Below are positions 11,879 through 25,489 of a stretch of 45,506 nucleotides of DNA, piece by piece (position 1 is the stretch's first letter; each line of letters opens with the position of its first letter). A model generated the notes under the pieces. It ran no database searches and had not been told where the DNA came from. It saw only the letters and a program-made list of their open reading frames with translations. Source of the stretch: Raillietiella orientalis (taxonomy: Eukaryota); the NCBI GenBank assembly GCA_036172245.1, contig JAYWIR010000109.1:124001-169506 (forward strand). Reading direction: 5' to 3'. A program made the translations under genes and the position numbers.

Positions 11879-14800
11879 GTCCTGTGATCTCTTAATGACT
11901 CTTTTGAGTCGCCTCCGAAAAGATGCGCGCCTCCTCCGAGCCTTTCCCTTGTCCCCTACGCGCGACGGATCATGCCCGCACGTTCCCGCGTTTCCCTTTG
12001 CTGCTCTTCCTATCCCGCCCTCGCGCCTATTAGTCGTCCTGCGTTTCAGGAGGGCGACGCATCCTAGAAAGTTCCTGGCCCCTACCGGAGTCGGAGGTGT
12101 CTTCCAGGAGGTGCAGCCAGCAGGTTTGCTGCAGAGCAGTGCAGATCGGCCGACGGAGTCCAGGACGCATAGGACCATCAACCCTCCTGCCCGCCGCCTT
12201 TTCCTTGTGTGCAGGGTGACTGCTTCCGTTAGCTCGGCAGCTGATTGGCCGTTCTCACCGAGTGACCGAAGCGTCCACCGCGGTCCAGGGGAACGCGAAC
12301 GACCGCAAACCCTCTCTGCCTCGGGGAAGTCACCACGGTGTCCTTCAAAGACATCCTGAGGTGCCTCGTGACCGAGGATGCGCCCCCGGGGTTCAGATTT
12401 GTCCGACACGTCCCTCCAGATGTCCTTCCAGATTCCCGTCCGCCATCGTGTCACGCCTACCTCAACCTTTCCGGATGGCCTCTACGGACCGCCTGCTCCG
12501 CCCTTCCTGCGACTGCCCCCCTCCCAGACGCACGTCTTCGGCGTGACCAGTCGGACGACGGGCTGCAGGGCGATCCCATGTGGCGAACGAGATATGCCCA
12601 GGACGTATGGCGGGCGGTCGTTCCATGGTCGCTGCCGTGTCACGGAGGGTCATCGCTGGCGACGGCAGCTGCAGGAGAGCGCGAGCTCCGCCGCTTCCGG
12701 ATGCGCTGCCGCTTGACGAACGCGTCGTCTTGCGATGGCGCAAACTCCGGGATTCCGACGCGCTGGACTCCGCCCCTGTCCAGGAAAGGGCGATCGCTGC
12801 GTTCCCCCTTGGCAGGCTCCCCCCAGCGCGGCCACCGTCCTGCTGCCCGTGGCGGAGAGGACTTGCGCGCGGTCGGAGTCACGGCGCGGCGCGGCCCCAC
12901 GTTCGGTTCTGACGGCAGGTTGCCACATGGGTCCGGCGGTCCGGGCGTGCGCGCCCGCAGGCCGGTCGGATGTGCGCGGATTTCCCTTCTGAGCAGGCGG
13001 GGTCACTTCGGTCCCGGCGCCATTACCTCTTCTCTTGGAGGGGTGAGGCTGCCGTTTTGTCTCGACAGGCGCGTCCGCGATACCACGGCAGACGTCCCCT
13101 AGGGAACCCGCAGCTGGTCGCCTCGGTTGGTCCTTCGTCATCATGCCCTTCCGCCTACGAGCCATTTCGGGGTCGGGACGGTGGCGGATGGCAACGAGAG
13201 TTGTGGGGCTGCTGGGCATCTTCGGATCCTTCCGGTCCTATGCCTTGGGGTGGTGCTCCCGGTTGGATGGTGGTGGCCGAGCTTGCCGTTTTCATTTTCC
13301 GCGGCTGCTGGCGCTGAGGACTCCCACCGGCCGGAGGCGGAGGACGCTGGGCGTGGCAGTGGGGAAGGGCGGCCGTCTGGATGCGCTGCGGACTGTGGGA
13401 CTGTCCGGTGGGGCCGTCGCCCGGCGGCGGTGACGCCGACGCTCTGCCCCACTGCCATGAGGACTTCTGGGCCGTGCGGAGGCGGGGATGGACCTGTGGC
13501 GACCCTCGCGCGGTTTTCGTCTCCTGTGGGGTCGCCTTCTGGGCTCGCCGCCGGTATGCCTGGCTCACTGAACACATCCGCGGCATTCCTTCCGAGGTAT
13601 TCGTCGGCGGAAGGGGAGGGAGGGCGGAGGGCCCAATAGCCGGTTTCGGAAGATGTACCGTCCTTCGAAGGAGGCTTTCAGAAGGAGGTCGCCCAAACGT
13701 GCCTGCACCCCGTGGGGTGTGCAGAAGGCATCACACCGGCATGTGGCACTCTTCTGAAACGTCCGACGGTACCTCCTGGCGTCCGCAGATCTTCTCCCAG
13801 TAGAGGAGACATCGGCCGAGGCGCCGTCCCACCCAGCCGATGCTCCTCTGATACGGCTGCTGAACGGAGGCCACCTTGCGTGGTGCGGCCTGCGGCCCCA
13901 AAGGGAGCTTCTCGGACCGTCGCAGCCCACCTGACTGGCCAACAGAAGAGAGGCCGCTTATTTGAACGGGCGTCCCCGAGGTCCCACTCCTTTCCAGAAG
14001 AGCCCCTTCGCCGTCGATTCCGAATCCCGAACGGGAAGCTAAAATTAAATACGTATGTTCGATTGTATGTGTACGCGCGTACACTGATATGTAAGTTCGC
14101 ATGAATATGAAGAAAGGCATTTCGTTGAACGAAACATTTTTTTGCGGTCATCGAGAATGTGTGCTGATGCGTGTGCCATCAAAACTGATTCAAATGAGTG
14201 CATATGCTTATTCAAATGTACATTTTTTATACGTATGATGAGCATACGTTACATGGATGCAACAGTTTGGAATTTGGAAGACTAAGAAAGAATCGTGACG
14301 ATTGAAAACGGTGCGAAAACACAAAAGAAGCAAAGGAATGAGAAAAAACGAAAAAGAAATCTGGCATCTCTGTTTGCCGTCGTTTGCAGCACCCGGCAAC
14401 GGGGACCACATCAGGAAACGATGTCTTCCATTTCCGGCATCTTGCCCGGGCGGCAGATAAGCCCTTGCAATTGGATGCTCACGTGCGCGTTTATTACCTA
14501 TTCCTCATGGCGATCGTGCGATGTCAATGTGTAGCATAAACACATGTGTGTATGCGTTTCTCATAATCTTCACTGCATGCATATTGATTCTGTAGATGGA
14601 TAAATATGCATTTGGAAATACTGCTGCGTATGAATCTCTTTATGCACACTTGTATTAGTATGCATAAATGGCATACGTACATATATACATTTGATAATCC
14701 CGAGATTCTATCTCTGGGTGTTAATTTGCGCAGGAAGAAACACGTTAACGTACATAATAAACATGCGTATGAGATTTTTATGGCTTTGCTAATATATATT

Positions 14801-17335
14801 TTCTCTAAATGTATGGATATGTATGGAAAACATATTGGTAATTATGTTGACATCCACCCATAAAAGTGTATATATAATATTTTGTAGATAGCAGGCAGTT
14901 ATCTAGATATGAATTCACAAATCCAGGTATATGTTATTATATAGATGCAACTTGTGTGTTTCCTTTTTTATAATCTTTATACTACATAGCACTCTGTGTA
15001 CTGGTATACGTATTGATATACGTAAGAAACTCATCATTCACGATATGATAATATACGGTGAACACGTGTATTTATCGTTTATAATCTCTATGTGAATCTG
15101 CGTAGAAATATAGAAAGCATCTGTAGAGACTCTATCAACAAGTGTGTCGATACTGTGTACATTGCTAACTATTGATCCACTGCGTATGCGAAAATAAGTT
15201 CCTGCATTAATCTTTATGGAAATACACGTATGAATGTACAGCATAAGCACACCTGTTTACTAGTGACCATCTCTGTAAACTGTGGTGCTATAGCATTAAA
15301 AATTAATGTCTGCATCTACAGAATGGGCTTGGGTGTGTTTATGTTGAACGTCCTTCGGGATTCTGACGGTCCAGGACTTCGGTCTGCACGCACCTCCGTC
15401 GCCGTCTTTCGAGAATCCGCACGTGGATCTTCCGCTTCCTGTTGTAGGGACGCGTGGGCGAGGAGGAAACGACAGCGCGCAGTCCCCGGCGGCGTGTTGG
15501 CGCCTCTTCTCGAGCGGGTCCAAGTGGAGTTGGAGATGGCGGGCTTGCTGGTGGGCGCCTCGTGCGTTCACCTCCGAGACCTGCCCTCCGCCCTCTTACG
15601 GGTTGTGCTCCGTGTCGCGTTTGGGAACCAGGAAGATCACTGTGTTTCGGGGAAGATGAGCGTATGTCGCGGAAGTGTGTCTTCCGGGGAATTGTGGGAA
15701 ACCTTGGATGGAGTATGGGCTGCAGCATCTGCGAAGGCAGCGTGGGGACGTTGCCAACCTGAAGATGGCGCCCCGGTGGTACTGCCTGGAGGAGCGTCGG
15801 CCCATCCGGGCTTGTCAGTTGCCACGTCGCGATGGATCCTTTGTAGAGTGCCTATTTCAGCCTCATTTTTTACAAGGCCTATGCAAACCCTACAGAGTCA
15901 CGAGCGACATCGTGAGCTTTCCTTTTATTTTCTTGTGTTTCTCTGAGGGGATTGGGGAATTCTGGACTTTGCGAGTTGTAACGTCGCAATGTGAAAGGGA
16001 ACCGATTGCTGCAGTGTTTCTGCTGCTCAGCTAAGTAAACGGCCATCATTTGCCGTCGATTGGAAAACAATTTTAGGGACTCGGAGTCATGAGTGGGCTG
16101 CCATGTCCAAAATCGCTGCTTTTGTGATGAACGGGGAAGAATTGGTGGAAACACCAATAATCTCCAAAAGGCAATCTCCTTTCTCACCTGGTCGAGTGGG
16201 GGACGTTTCTTTCTTTAAAAACAGACACAAAAACTCTGGAGCCAAGTTCCCAAGGGAGACACAATATTGTGCATGCAAGGATCACCCACATGCAAGTAGG
16301 ACAAGCAGAGAGTCGGAAGCAAAAGGGACTAGAAAATAAATCATTAAGAAAGGATAGGAAGGGTGATGACCGGCCTTCTTGGTACGGACCGTTCCTGCAA
16401 TACAGTCTGTCAGATTTCATTAAGCCTCCTGGCGACCTTATATGGAGTTGGGTCCACCTCGCTGTATGCCACACGGATGCGGTTGCTGGGCGAACGACTT
16501 CTTGTTGCAAGCGTTGTTACAGGGTGTAGCGGGTCGTGAAGATGGAGCGCAACCAACCCAACCCAGCGAACACCGTAGCATCTCAGCAAGTCCATGGCTG
16601 ACTTTCCAATGCAGGAGACTTGAAGACAGCGTCCGGCGGAGTTCCTGGGTGGCGCTGCAATCCAACAGCTTCAGGAAGGATTGTCTCTTAAATGGAACAG
16701 TTCTGGAACGAATCTTTCCCGAGATGAGGTATAGACTGTCATTGCATTGGAGACTTCAGAGCAAAAAGAGCACGAGCACTAGAGCAGGAAAGATAATCTC
16801 CTTGCACGTGAAAAGGAACAAATTTGCAATTTTGAGCTTCCAATTTATGCTCAAGTGTATTGGAATCCTTCCGCAAAAGAAGCGTCATGACGATTGCTAC
16901 TACTTCATCAGGAGTTAATCGATTACTCATCGGCCAAATGGTAAGACTGCTTAGAGGTTAACGAGAGAAATTCTGCACTTGGTTTCAAATTCGCACTCGC
17001 TAAAAATGTGTTTTTCTTCTTCAATATAAGGTTCGAAAATCTTTTTTCTTCCGTGCACATTTAGATGAGATGGTTGAAAATGTGAATGAAACCACTCTGC
17101 TACGCTCTGCCGAACTCCGTATCGAGGAGAAAAAGACTTTGCTTACACGTTATGGCGAAACTGTCAAAAATGCGGACGAAAACACTTTTCTTTTTACTGC
17201 TGTTTATTGACCACGACGAATACAACTGCTGATTCTGCTCTCGAAGAAGAAGAAGAAAAAAAAAGAAACATAGTAGCTCTAGAAGAGTTTCGCTACAATA
17301 CATAACATCGACATTTTTATCTTCTTTCTTTGTTA

Positions 17336-17480
17336 ACTTGTACATCAGATGAAATCCCTTCTCGTTCATGATAAAGAGGATCCTCATTTCAGGCTTTAGA
17401 TCTGCCTTGCCTTCTTTCTTTAGCTCACCTCCAGCACTAATCTACAGTACACGCGAGAGAAGAAAAACATAGGGCACTTG
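17336..17480 (-). repeat. Dispersed repeat, copy 2 (inverted relative to 11610-11743)
   Basis: Reverse complement aligns to copy 1, with an extra ~18 nt (atcctctttatcatgaac). Confidence 0.85.
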
Positions 17481-17864
17481 TAAGTGCACTGTGCAATTAA
17501 ATACGAAGCGGACAGGTGCCAACGCCAAGCATGAACCATAGAGGTTTCTGTTAGGATAATTCCTCCGCTGTGTCCTGTTTCATTTCTCTGAAGAGCGAGC
17601 TGGTGGTCACACTTTGGACCCCAGTGGCTCCTCTGAGGGGACATCCATTCTAACGCATCGTTGAAGCGCAAGGATGAGTTATGCATGCTTTACATCACAG
17701 ACCGAAATCACTCGTCGGGATGCAAAGTGAGTGTAACCAACCGCCGGGATCGTTCACTGCCGCAGATCACTGCTCTGCAAACATTACACAGTGTGAATTT
17801 GCAACCATGATTTCTTAAAGTTTGTTTGTTTTGGAACAGAACCTCCACTTTTCAAGAAAAGTCT

Positions 17865-17933
17865 GCAATGAATAGGTGCATTCATTGCACTCGTTGTGTT
17901 AGGTTTTTGTCTGATGTTGCGGGCACAAACGAA
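17865..17933 (+). pseudogene. nuoG: Fragment of bacterial NADH-quinone oxidoreductase subunit G (Wolbachia/Rickettsiales-like nuclear transfer)
   Basis: Translates AMNRCIHCTRCVRFLSDVAGTNE, the conserved 4Fe-4S motif RCIxCTRCVRF of NuoG. Confidence 0.8.
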
Positions 17934-17992
17934 CGTTGCCAATTTAGTACTCAATGAAAAAGCTTCTTTTGCTACTGTGCAATTGAGGTTTT

Positions 17993-18290
17993 CTGCCTCA
18001 TCTATATATGAAACGATAGAGTGATCTATTTTTGAAATTTCATCGATGAATCGCTGCATATCTTCTTGATTGAGCTCTTGATATGACTTTTTTAGAGTTA
18101 TTTTTAGTTTTTTTAACCTATACCAAATTAAACTTATTCCAAATCCTAGACCTTGCTTCATTTCTGCTAGCATATGATCTGGGTGTTTTTTTACGTATTC
18201 TCTGAGTACTTTTGGATCTATCTTTCGAATAAAACTTCCATTTTTTCCTGCCTTTAGGCTTTCACCATTTGCTTTCTTTTTCAGCCATCT
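17993..18290 (-). mobile_element. IS630-family transposase fragment, Wolbachia-like
   Basis: [51 protein letters not shown]...WYRLKKLKITLKK...YIDEA covers the HTH region through the first catalytic Asp (IDE). AT-rich and truncated at both ends. Confidence 0.85.
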
Positions 18291-18371
18291 TGCCATACAG
18301 ATTTTATTGCAAGGTTTCAGCGCATGCTTGGGAAAGATGTTTTTTACCCAATTGGGTTTGATGATAATGGG
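18291..18371 (+). pseudogene. valS: Fragment of valyl-tRNA synthetase (Rickettsiales type)
   Basis: Translates [27 protein letters not shown], the segment just after the HIGH motif of ValRS. Confidence 0.85.
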
Positions 18372-18609
18372 TCAAGCATTATAGACCTGTTTATATTATA
18401 GAGTTTTTGTGTAATTTGAGTGATCAGCAGCGTCACTTAACTTAATTTGTAGCGCTATGAACCATATTTGATTATATAAATCTTCATATCCTGATCCGCT
18501 AGAAGAGTTTTTTCTTAACGTCAATGCTTCATTTGCTAAAGTAATTATTTCATCTAGTGCAACTATGACCTCTCTAATTGCCATCAGGCAGTGGCGAAGC
18601 AATTTGCTA

Positions 18610-18975
18610 AAGATGGATAAAGGTGGGTAAAGAAGAAAGGGATTATGAAAATTTTGAACTGAGTGAAAGTGAAGAAGAACTTCATTTATACCTAGTTGAT
18701 GACAACTTGAGTGATATTGCATCTGAATTATTGTGAAAGGGCGACGAAGAATCGGAATTATTGAGAGTGAAAACTCTTTCGGAGAAGATGGATGGGGGTC
18801 GATAGAACGGATAGCAAAAGAATTCCAAAAAGGATTAATTCTACAGTACCGCCCGGGGTCACTGGACCCCAGATTGCATCTAACATTGTATGGAACCAAT
18901 AGAAGGCTTCTGGTTATTTTTCACAGAAGAGCTTGTCAAGGGGATCATCGAAGCAAAAAGAATCATCGCAGCGAA
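18610..18975 (+). mobile_element. Degenerate piggyBac-like transposase N-terminal relic
   Basis: Acidic stretch (DYENFELSESEEE...DDNLSDIASE), then PGVTGPQ at 18852 and, after a frameshift, PIEGFWLFFTEELVKGIIEA near 18896. This resembles the piggyBac PxxxFxLFFTxExxxxIV motif. Stops and frameshifts present. Confidence 0.5.
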
Positions 18976-21900
18976 ACACCTGATAAATGAATACTTGTAA
19001 TTTTTTTCCTTCTCATCAAAGCAAAACCACTACTTTTAACCTTTTCGATTGGCAAAGTGTGCTTGAGTTGCCGGTCGGTCGTGCCAACGAACCTGAGCTT
19101 GGAGTGCAAAGGGTCACCACTTCGAAAGACCCCGCCCAGCAAACTGGAGCAAGTGGTAATTCTTGAGGTTTCGGGCAAGCACGTGGTTAGGATTGCGCCT
19201 TCCGGAAGGTGCAGCGAGCAGTTCCTTTGGGAGCCGGCGTGCAGATTTTTGTTTTCGATGGCCTCGTTACATAGAACAAGACAAAGGCTTTCCAACAGAT
19301 GACTGTGCCGCAGCATTTGCTCGAATCCGGAGGTGCGTGAAGAGGTTGTGTGTTTCTGAGCTCAGGCACGAGCTGTCTCGTTCAAACTTCTCCCATCTAC
19401 CGTGCTGCTGTTCTTCACAATCGGACAAATATGAGGTATATGCATGCATGTCGAGCCTGAGCTTTCGAATCCGAAATTCTGTTTTAATCTGAGATATCGG
19501 GTTGTATCGTTCAACGGAGTTCTGTGTGTTACTGTGTACTTTGCAGTCGGGTTGTACGTGAACTGTTGTTCAGCTGCGTGATCGCCTGTTCGGTGTTTCG
19601 GAACGGTCAGTTCGTTGAACTAATCACGTGTAAGGAAACCATCGGAGAGAATCGCTGTCCAAGGATAACTTCCTAGATGAGGAAAATGTGCGATCCGGAG
19701 ACGATCTTTTGGTTTCAGTTTGCGGTATTAGAATGAAAGATCTTCATGGGTCGATTCTTTTGAACGTGCGTGAAGGTGGACTACAGTCTCAGAGCTTGCA
19801 AATGGGTTGAGATGGTTCAGATGTGCCGTTATAGTGGAGTTGATGCTCCCAACAACCGCTTACGAGATCACAAAACTGAAGCGTAGCGTATATTAATTCA
19901 AATCATTCCAAAAGTTCAGGCCGCCTTATATCCCATATTGTTTGCGTATTATTTGCATTCTAATTGAGAAAGCACTTCTGTGTAGGCATAGGGTGCTAAA
20001 CAAGGTTTGGAGTTCCTGTTGAGCACATAAGTTTCACTCATTGGAAATACTCTTTGTGTCAAAGCAGATCCAAGCAGATGTTTTCATGAAACCAAATTTC
20101 AGCATTAGCCTATTCTTATGATATACAAGAGTTTTCAACTTAATATCGGGAAGGGAAAGGAATCTGAAAAATGTGCACCTGAATTCTGAGTTGAACTTCA
20201 TTTTTGAGGAAACAGCTCCATATTGCAACTGATGATCATTTTGTGGAAACAATTAGCCTGGAATCTGTCAACTAATGAATCTTTCTATTCACAATTGAAC
20301 TCCGACAGTATCCACATAAAATTGTTGGCAGTTGTACCCATCTTGCCGATTAGTAATGATCCCAATAAAATGGAGTGCAACTTTTTATTTATAAATCATC
20401 TTAAGTCTTTGAGTTTATCTAACAGGATATGTGCTCATCAGAGAAAATGGAAACGGAAACTGCAGTCTCATCAGAAACATTAAGTGTTTACGTTTGCTAA
20501 TGTGTGCTGACCAAATGTTAATGTTTTCAGTGATTTGCAAAGATGTTTTTATCATGAAATGTTGCCTTGATTCAAGATTTCATACAAACTTCAATTTTTT
20601 AAAAAAATTCTTTAAGGTTTCTATCAGATATTTCTGTATGCTTTTGTATCAGAATGGCATTTGTCTTGGACAATGTGTATCACGTTGCTAATCATTTCAA
20701 CATTGCATGTTTTTCTAATTTTTAATTCTGTTTGAAAACCTTGGCAAGTGTATTTGTGCCATCACCATAGTTGACCCCAAATCTTCCTTGCATGTACTCA
20801 TTTTATCATGCTTGATTTCTTATATGGTATTCAAAGACTGCCACTAAAGTTGCAATGAAAAGTTTATCTCCAAACTCAAAAGTGCTTTTCCATTTGGAGA
20901 AAGGAAGATGATGTGAGTAAATTATGAGTTTTCCAATGGGAAAGTTGTCATGGAAATGCAATTTGTTAATGTGATGCTTTGTGAACAGATCTGTTCTTAG
21001 GCCTTAGATCAGAGGTAGAATGAAAAAGTATTTTATGGCAAACAGTATGAGCTTGACAGCCAAATTCTTTGATCAGGAATCATAAAAAATGATCTTCCTC
21101 AGTATAGGGGACTCTTGCTGTGTGATAAATGTCAACAAATTTATGTTTGAAATGCATGTGAACTTTATTGAGTAACCTTGAAACGGATTCCATAACATAA
21201 TTTGCATACTCTGTAACCATAAGTCAACCAATGGAACACTAATTAGAGTTATGTTTAGGTCAGGGAAGGCACATGGAGAGTTGACTTGCAATCAGTGTAG
21301 TGAAAGACAGGAAAATAGGGGTACAATGATTGCACTACTTTTGTGAAACAGCTGTATTACTCAATTTTTTTTTCTTCTGAAGTGGATCGCCTTTTTTGTT
21401 AAGTACTTCAGCAAAGTGGTTGTTGTGCACTCTAGAAATCGCAGTTTTGCAAAAGATGCATAAAGTATGGTGGATGATGAGGACAGCAAAGCATTTCCGA
21501 ATGGAAAACAGCCTTTTTGGAAAGTAGCAATTCCTATCTTAACCACCATTGTGAACATTCAGCAACAATAGTGAGATCGTTATTTTAGATTCATGTTTGA
21601 AATCTAATTCAAAGTAATCAAGTCTTATAAATTATATACTCTTTATGTGATACACAAGGCAGTTTGAGAAATTCCCTGATCCCAAAATGCTTTTTGAGAG
21701 CCAAATCCTTTGATACTTGAGAGCATTGGAAAGTTTACAAACAGGTTCTTCAGAGTTGGTGAAATGATTAGCTTGAATGTAGTGTAGATGCAGTTGGGCA
21801 TGTTGAATGTTTTGCTGTTGAAGTGTTGTGCAAATATCAACTTTCAATTAATTAATGAAAGCAAAGAATGTAAACAAAAAATTTTGCAGAGGGGAACTGT

Positions 21901-24900
21901 TTGAGAGATGAATAGCAGTTGGAATGGTGGAACATGATAAAAAGCTGGTTGTTTCTGTGTAAGGTATCTAGCACTGTAGTTAGGTTTATAGACATAAAAT
22001 TCATGAAGGAGTACACAGCATTTATTGAAAAATGGATTGAAGTTTTTGATGAGAAGCATTAAGATATGAGACTGAAATCAGGCTCATGATTTGCAGCTCT
22101 TTGTGTCGGTAATTCAAGAAATGCTTTCGTAGGTATAATGATGGCCAGTGTTGGAAATCAATTCGTTTTAAGTGACTTCATTTCAAAAATTCATATGTAT
22201 GTCATTTGGGAACTTTATTCATGATAAGGTATGCACAGAAAGGAGGAAAATGTACAGTGAACATGGACATTTAGGGGGGGGGGGTTCCAGAACATCAGCA
22301 AGCATAGGGACTAATGTGTGCTGGAGATGGATTAATAATGTGTGGTTTATATGCTTGCATCTTTATGCAGTGTTTTCTACATATAACAATCTGTGGAGGA
22401 GGCAATCTTATTTGATTGTAATTTTGATTGTAATCATGTAACAAATCTGAACGAAGTTTTATCTCCCATTATTGCTTTGATTTCACTCAATCAGCAACAA
22501 GGATGCGTTCTTGAACACATGTATCTCATGTTGTTGATTTTGCTTCTCAATTTTTTTCAAGTTTTCACGCCTGGCACCATCCATAGGTTAGTTGAGAATC
22601 ACTCAATTTGGAGGTGTAATGATTGTTATCTGTTCCTTTGAAAACTGCATCAATGAACAACAGATGCTTTTTCTTAGGTCATACACAAGCCACACTCACA
22701 CTCAAGGAATCCGAAGTCTTTGGAATGTGGTCAATGAATGGTGTGTCAGTCACTTCTGTGTTTTGGTGACAAGTTTTCCTGCATGCCAGAATCATCTGGA
22801 AATGATTCTGTCATGCAGGCAGCCCCTCTGTATCCGTTTATTTCGTTCTAGATAGCAATGTATACTGTGTGAATGATAGCCAATTGAATGGATACTTTGT
22901 TACATACTATTCTCATAGGAAATTATGTAACAGTAGAATTCATCTGTAGTGGCAAACACAGCAATTCATGAATATTGTGTGGTTTGTTGCATCTTTGTGG
23001 TTGTCATTTGTGTCCTGAATATCTGGGAAAATAAGTTTCTGATCTCTAGTTCCTATTTCCATAGTCTGCTTGTTCCAGCAGGAAGCTTGCAAGGTTTCAA
23101 TCAAGCAAGAATTCTAGCCTTTTGGAGGTACAGTTTTCAAAGTATATCTCTTGACATACAAGAGATGGTGAAGATGCATTGTCCTCGTGAGTTGATTCTG
23201 CCAGTAAATTTTCCTTTCTATGGGCACTGTATGCCTAAATTGTTGGGCTGGACAGGGTGTACCAATTTATGCAAATAATGAATTGGACTGCGTTTTAAAT
23301 CCAGGTATAAGTGATTTTTGTGGCCTAGTCTTTTTGTTTTATTTCACAGGTTGCGTTTTTGGTTGTATGCTAACATTGTTTGTTTCATCTGTGCCTCGAT
23401 GCTCAGTATGCTTCAATGTGCAAAGATTAGTACATAAGAACAGTGCAGTCATTTTCAGAAGTGATGGGAAAGTATGTGGAGAGATGATCAACTAATATGC
23501 TTTTGAATTGATATGAACTGAACTGATATGCTGTTGAACTGATGTGCTTTTTAATTGGCATGCAGAATATGTTAATGAAGCATCACCTTCATTTGTTCGG
23601 TCGGTGAATTCTGGTTTAATGTGGTAGTTATTGTTTTTATTAGAAGGATATTCCGTTATTCCTCTTGCTACATGATCACGTGATGCCTTGTTTGAAGATA
23701 TTCTGTTACACATATGTGTGGTTAGCTCAACCTGAGGTTTGACGATACCATTATACGAAGGATGTGAAAATTTCATGCACCTATGGTATTTTGAACCAAA
23801 TAGCATTCCATCTTGAAGTTACTAAATGAATCCATCTTGCACTGTTTGCTAAATCAATGCCGTTTGTGGATTCCTATTTCTGTAAGTGCTCCGCTTCGCA
23901 TTTTTTGCAAGAAATTACGCAGTATGCACTTCAGCAGCCATGCAGAACCTAGTGTTTTGAGTGGTTCGTCTTGTTTGTTTCATCTTGAGTATGCCGTTAT
24001 TACCTTATGGTACTAATGTGGCATATGGTTATGTGTGAAGGGTTATTAGAATCTGATATTGCACAGATATCCCGATACAGGCCTTGCGTGATGCTGTGAA
24101 TGATCATCTCTTGGCTTGATGGGTAGATTGTGCGAAATGAGAGGGAGAGTCATCGTTTTGTGGATTGCGCGAAATGGACTGTGACTTTGGTGGGGTTCCT
24201 TTCAATAGTAATTCTAGGACGTTTTTGAAGTTCTCCATCTGTACGGCTCAGTTTGGACTTTTGTAGTCGGAATTCTGGAACACTAGGACGGTAGTCCACT
24301 GCGATATCTCGATGTGGAGGAAGAGAATAGAATTCACGGAAAGTTTACTAAACAGTCATATTGCATTGTGTTTAGCAGTTGCTCAAGGGGAACAATACTG
24401 AATAATTTCCTTGCTTATGTTCGTACAGTCAACAGTAATTATACTTGTTATGTAAAATTCAGATGCAGGAATTCAAGTAGACTTCCTTGGAAAAAAAGAA
24501 AAATTTGTAGAAAGAAGTCGCATACTAAGTATTGATACACCACAGGTTGCTGGCATTCGGATCTTCTTAATGGAACAGGCATATTTGCCCTTGCTTGAAG
24601 TACAGTTCGAGCATTGAGTTCAATTTGGTCTTGTAAAAGAAAAAGCCTGTTTTCACGCAATGCATGTTTTGCTTAAACTTTTGGTATCTACTTGAGTACT
24701 CAGATTATGTGGCTACATGCTTCATGATGCCCAGAAGTTTTGTTTCTTCTCATGATTGGATAAAGTCCTGCAATATTCCCTGGACCCAGAGTTGGAAACC
24801 CTGTTTTGTTCAATATAAGTTTTTGTCCGAATGTGATGCTCGCTATTTCAAATTTTATTACTTGTTTGCTTTCTTAGATAGGAAAGATTTTTATTTAAAC

Positions 24901-25489
24901 TCCTGTTCCTGCTGCTGGTGTCGAGCGTTTTGTTGATGACTGAGTAGTCGTTTCTTCCTAAAAATGTGTATGGCGTAGTATAGATTTGACTGAAATAGGT
25001 GCAGAGATTTTGGTCTCCGTACTTATTTGAAGACATTTTTGTGCTGGCACTGGTAGCAATTTTTGTCTTGTTTGTCCGCTTTAGAACTTGCTTCATCATA
25101 GGTGTCCATTTCACGATTGCAGCGTCATTAAACCTATTTTTGTTCCATTTGCTGCAGCGATGCCGGGGAATTCTGATTGAATCAGGATTCCTTGATGTAC
25201 GCACGGAGAATTTATCATCCTCATCAGTTGGGTTTCACACGCTGTTAGCGTGCATGATAAAAAGTAGAGGTTGGATGCCTCTTTTTTCGGGACATTGAAA
25301 GGTCGCTGCAGCATGGCAGCGAGCTCCACCGCTGCTCGCTCGTAAGCGAAGTCATCTCCGACGTACACCACCGCCTGGTTCGCCTGCGGTGCGTTGTCCA
25401 AGGGTGGCGTCCAGCGACAAGTTCAGCAGCGCTGCGCTGGTCGATCGTGGGAACGTGCTCCACAACAACGCTGCACGGGCGTGCCTTGC

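Noticed and set aside
12338..13803. GC-rich + strand ORFs (MSFKDILRCLVTEDAPPG... and following)
   Set aside because: Possibly a decayed gene, but no recognisable motif or consistent frame
17864..17889. 10-bp inverted repeat tgcaatgaat/attcattgca
   Set aside because: Lies within the AMNRCIHC codons of the nuoG piece; no independent evidence of function
17784..18296. 170-aa ORF as a complete IS630 transposase
   Set aside because: Chimeric: its ATG lies in the antisense of the valS piece and residues after IDEA run through unrelated fragments, including antisense nuoG
18396..18899. 167-aa minus-strand ORF as a viral or bacterial gene
   Set aside because: Largely antisense to the piggyBac-like relic and without a recognisable motif
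19500..24800. Short ORFs in the AT-rich stretch
   Set aside because: No motifs, convincing exon structure or repeats seen; treated as intronic or intergenic
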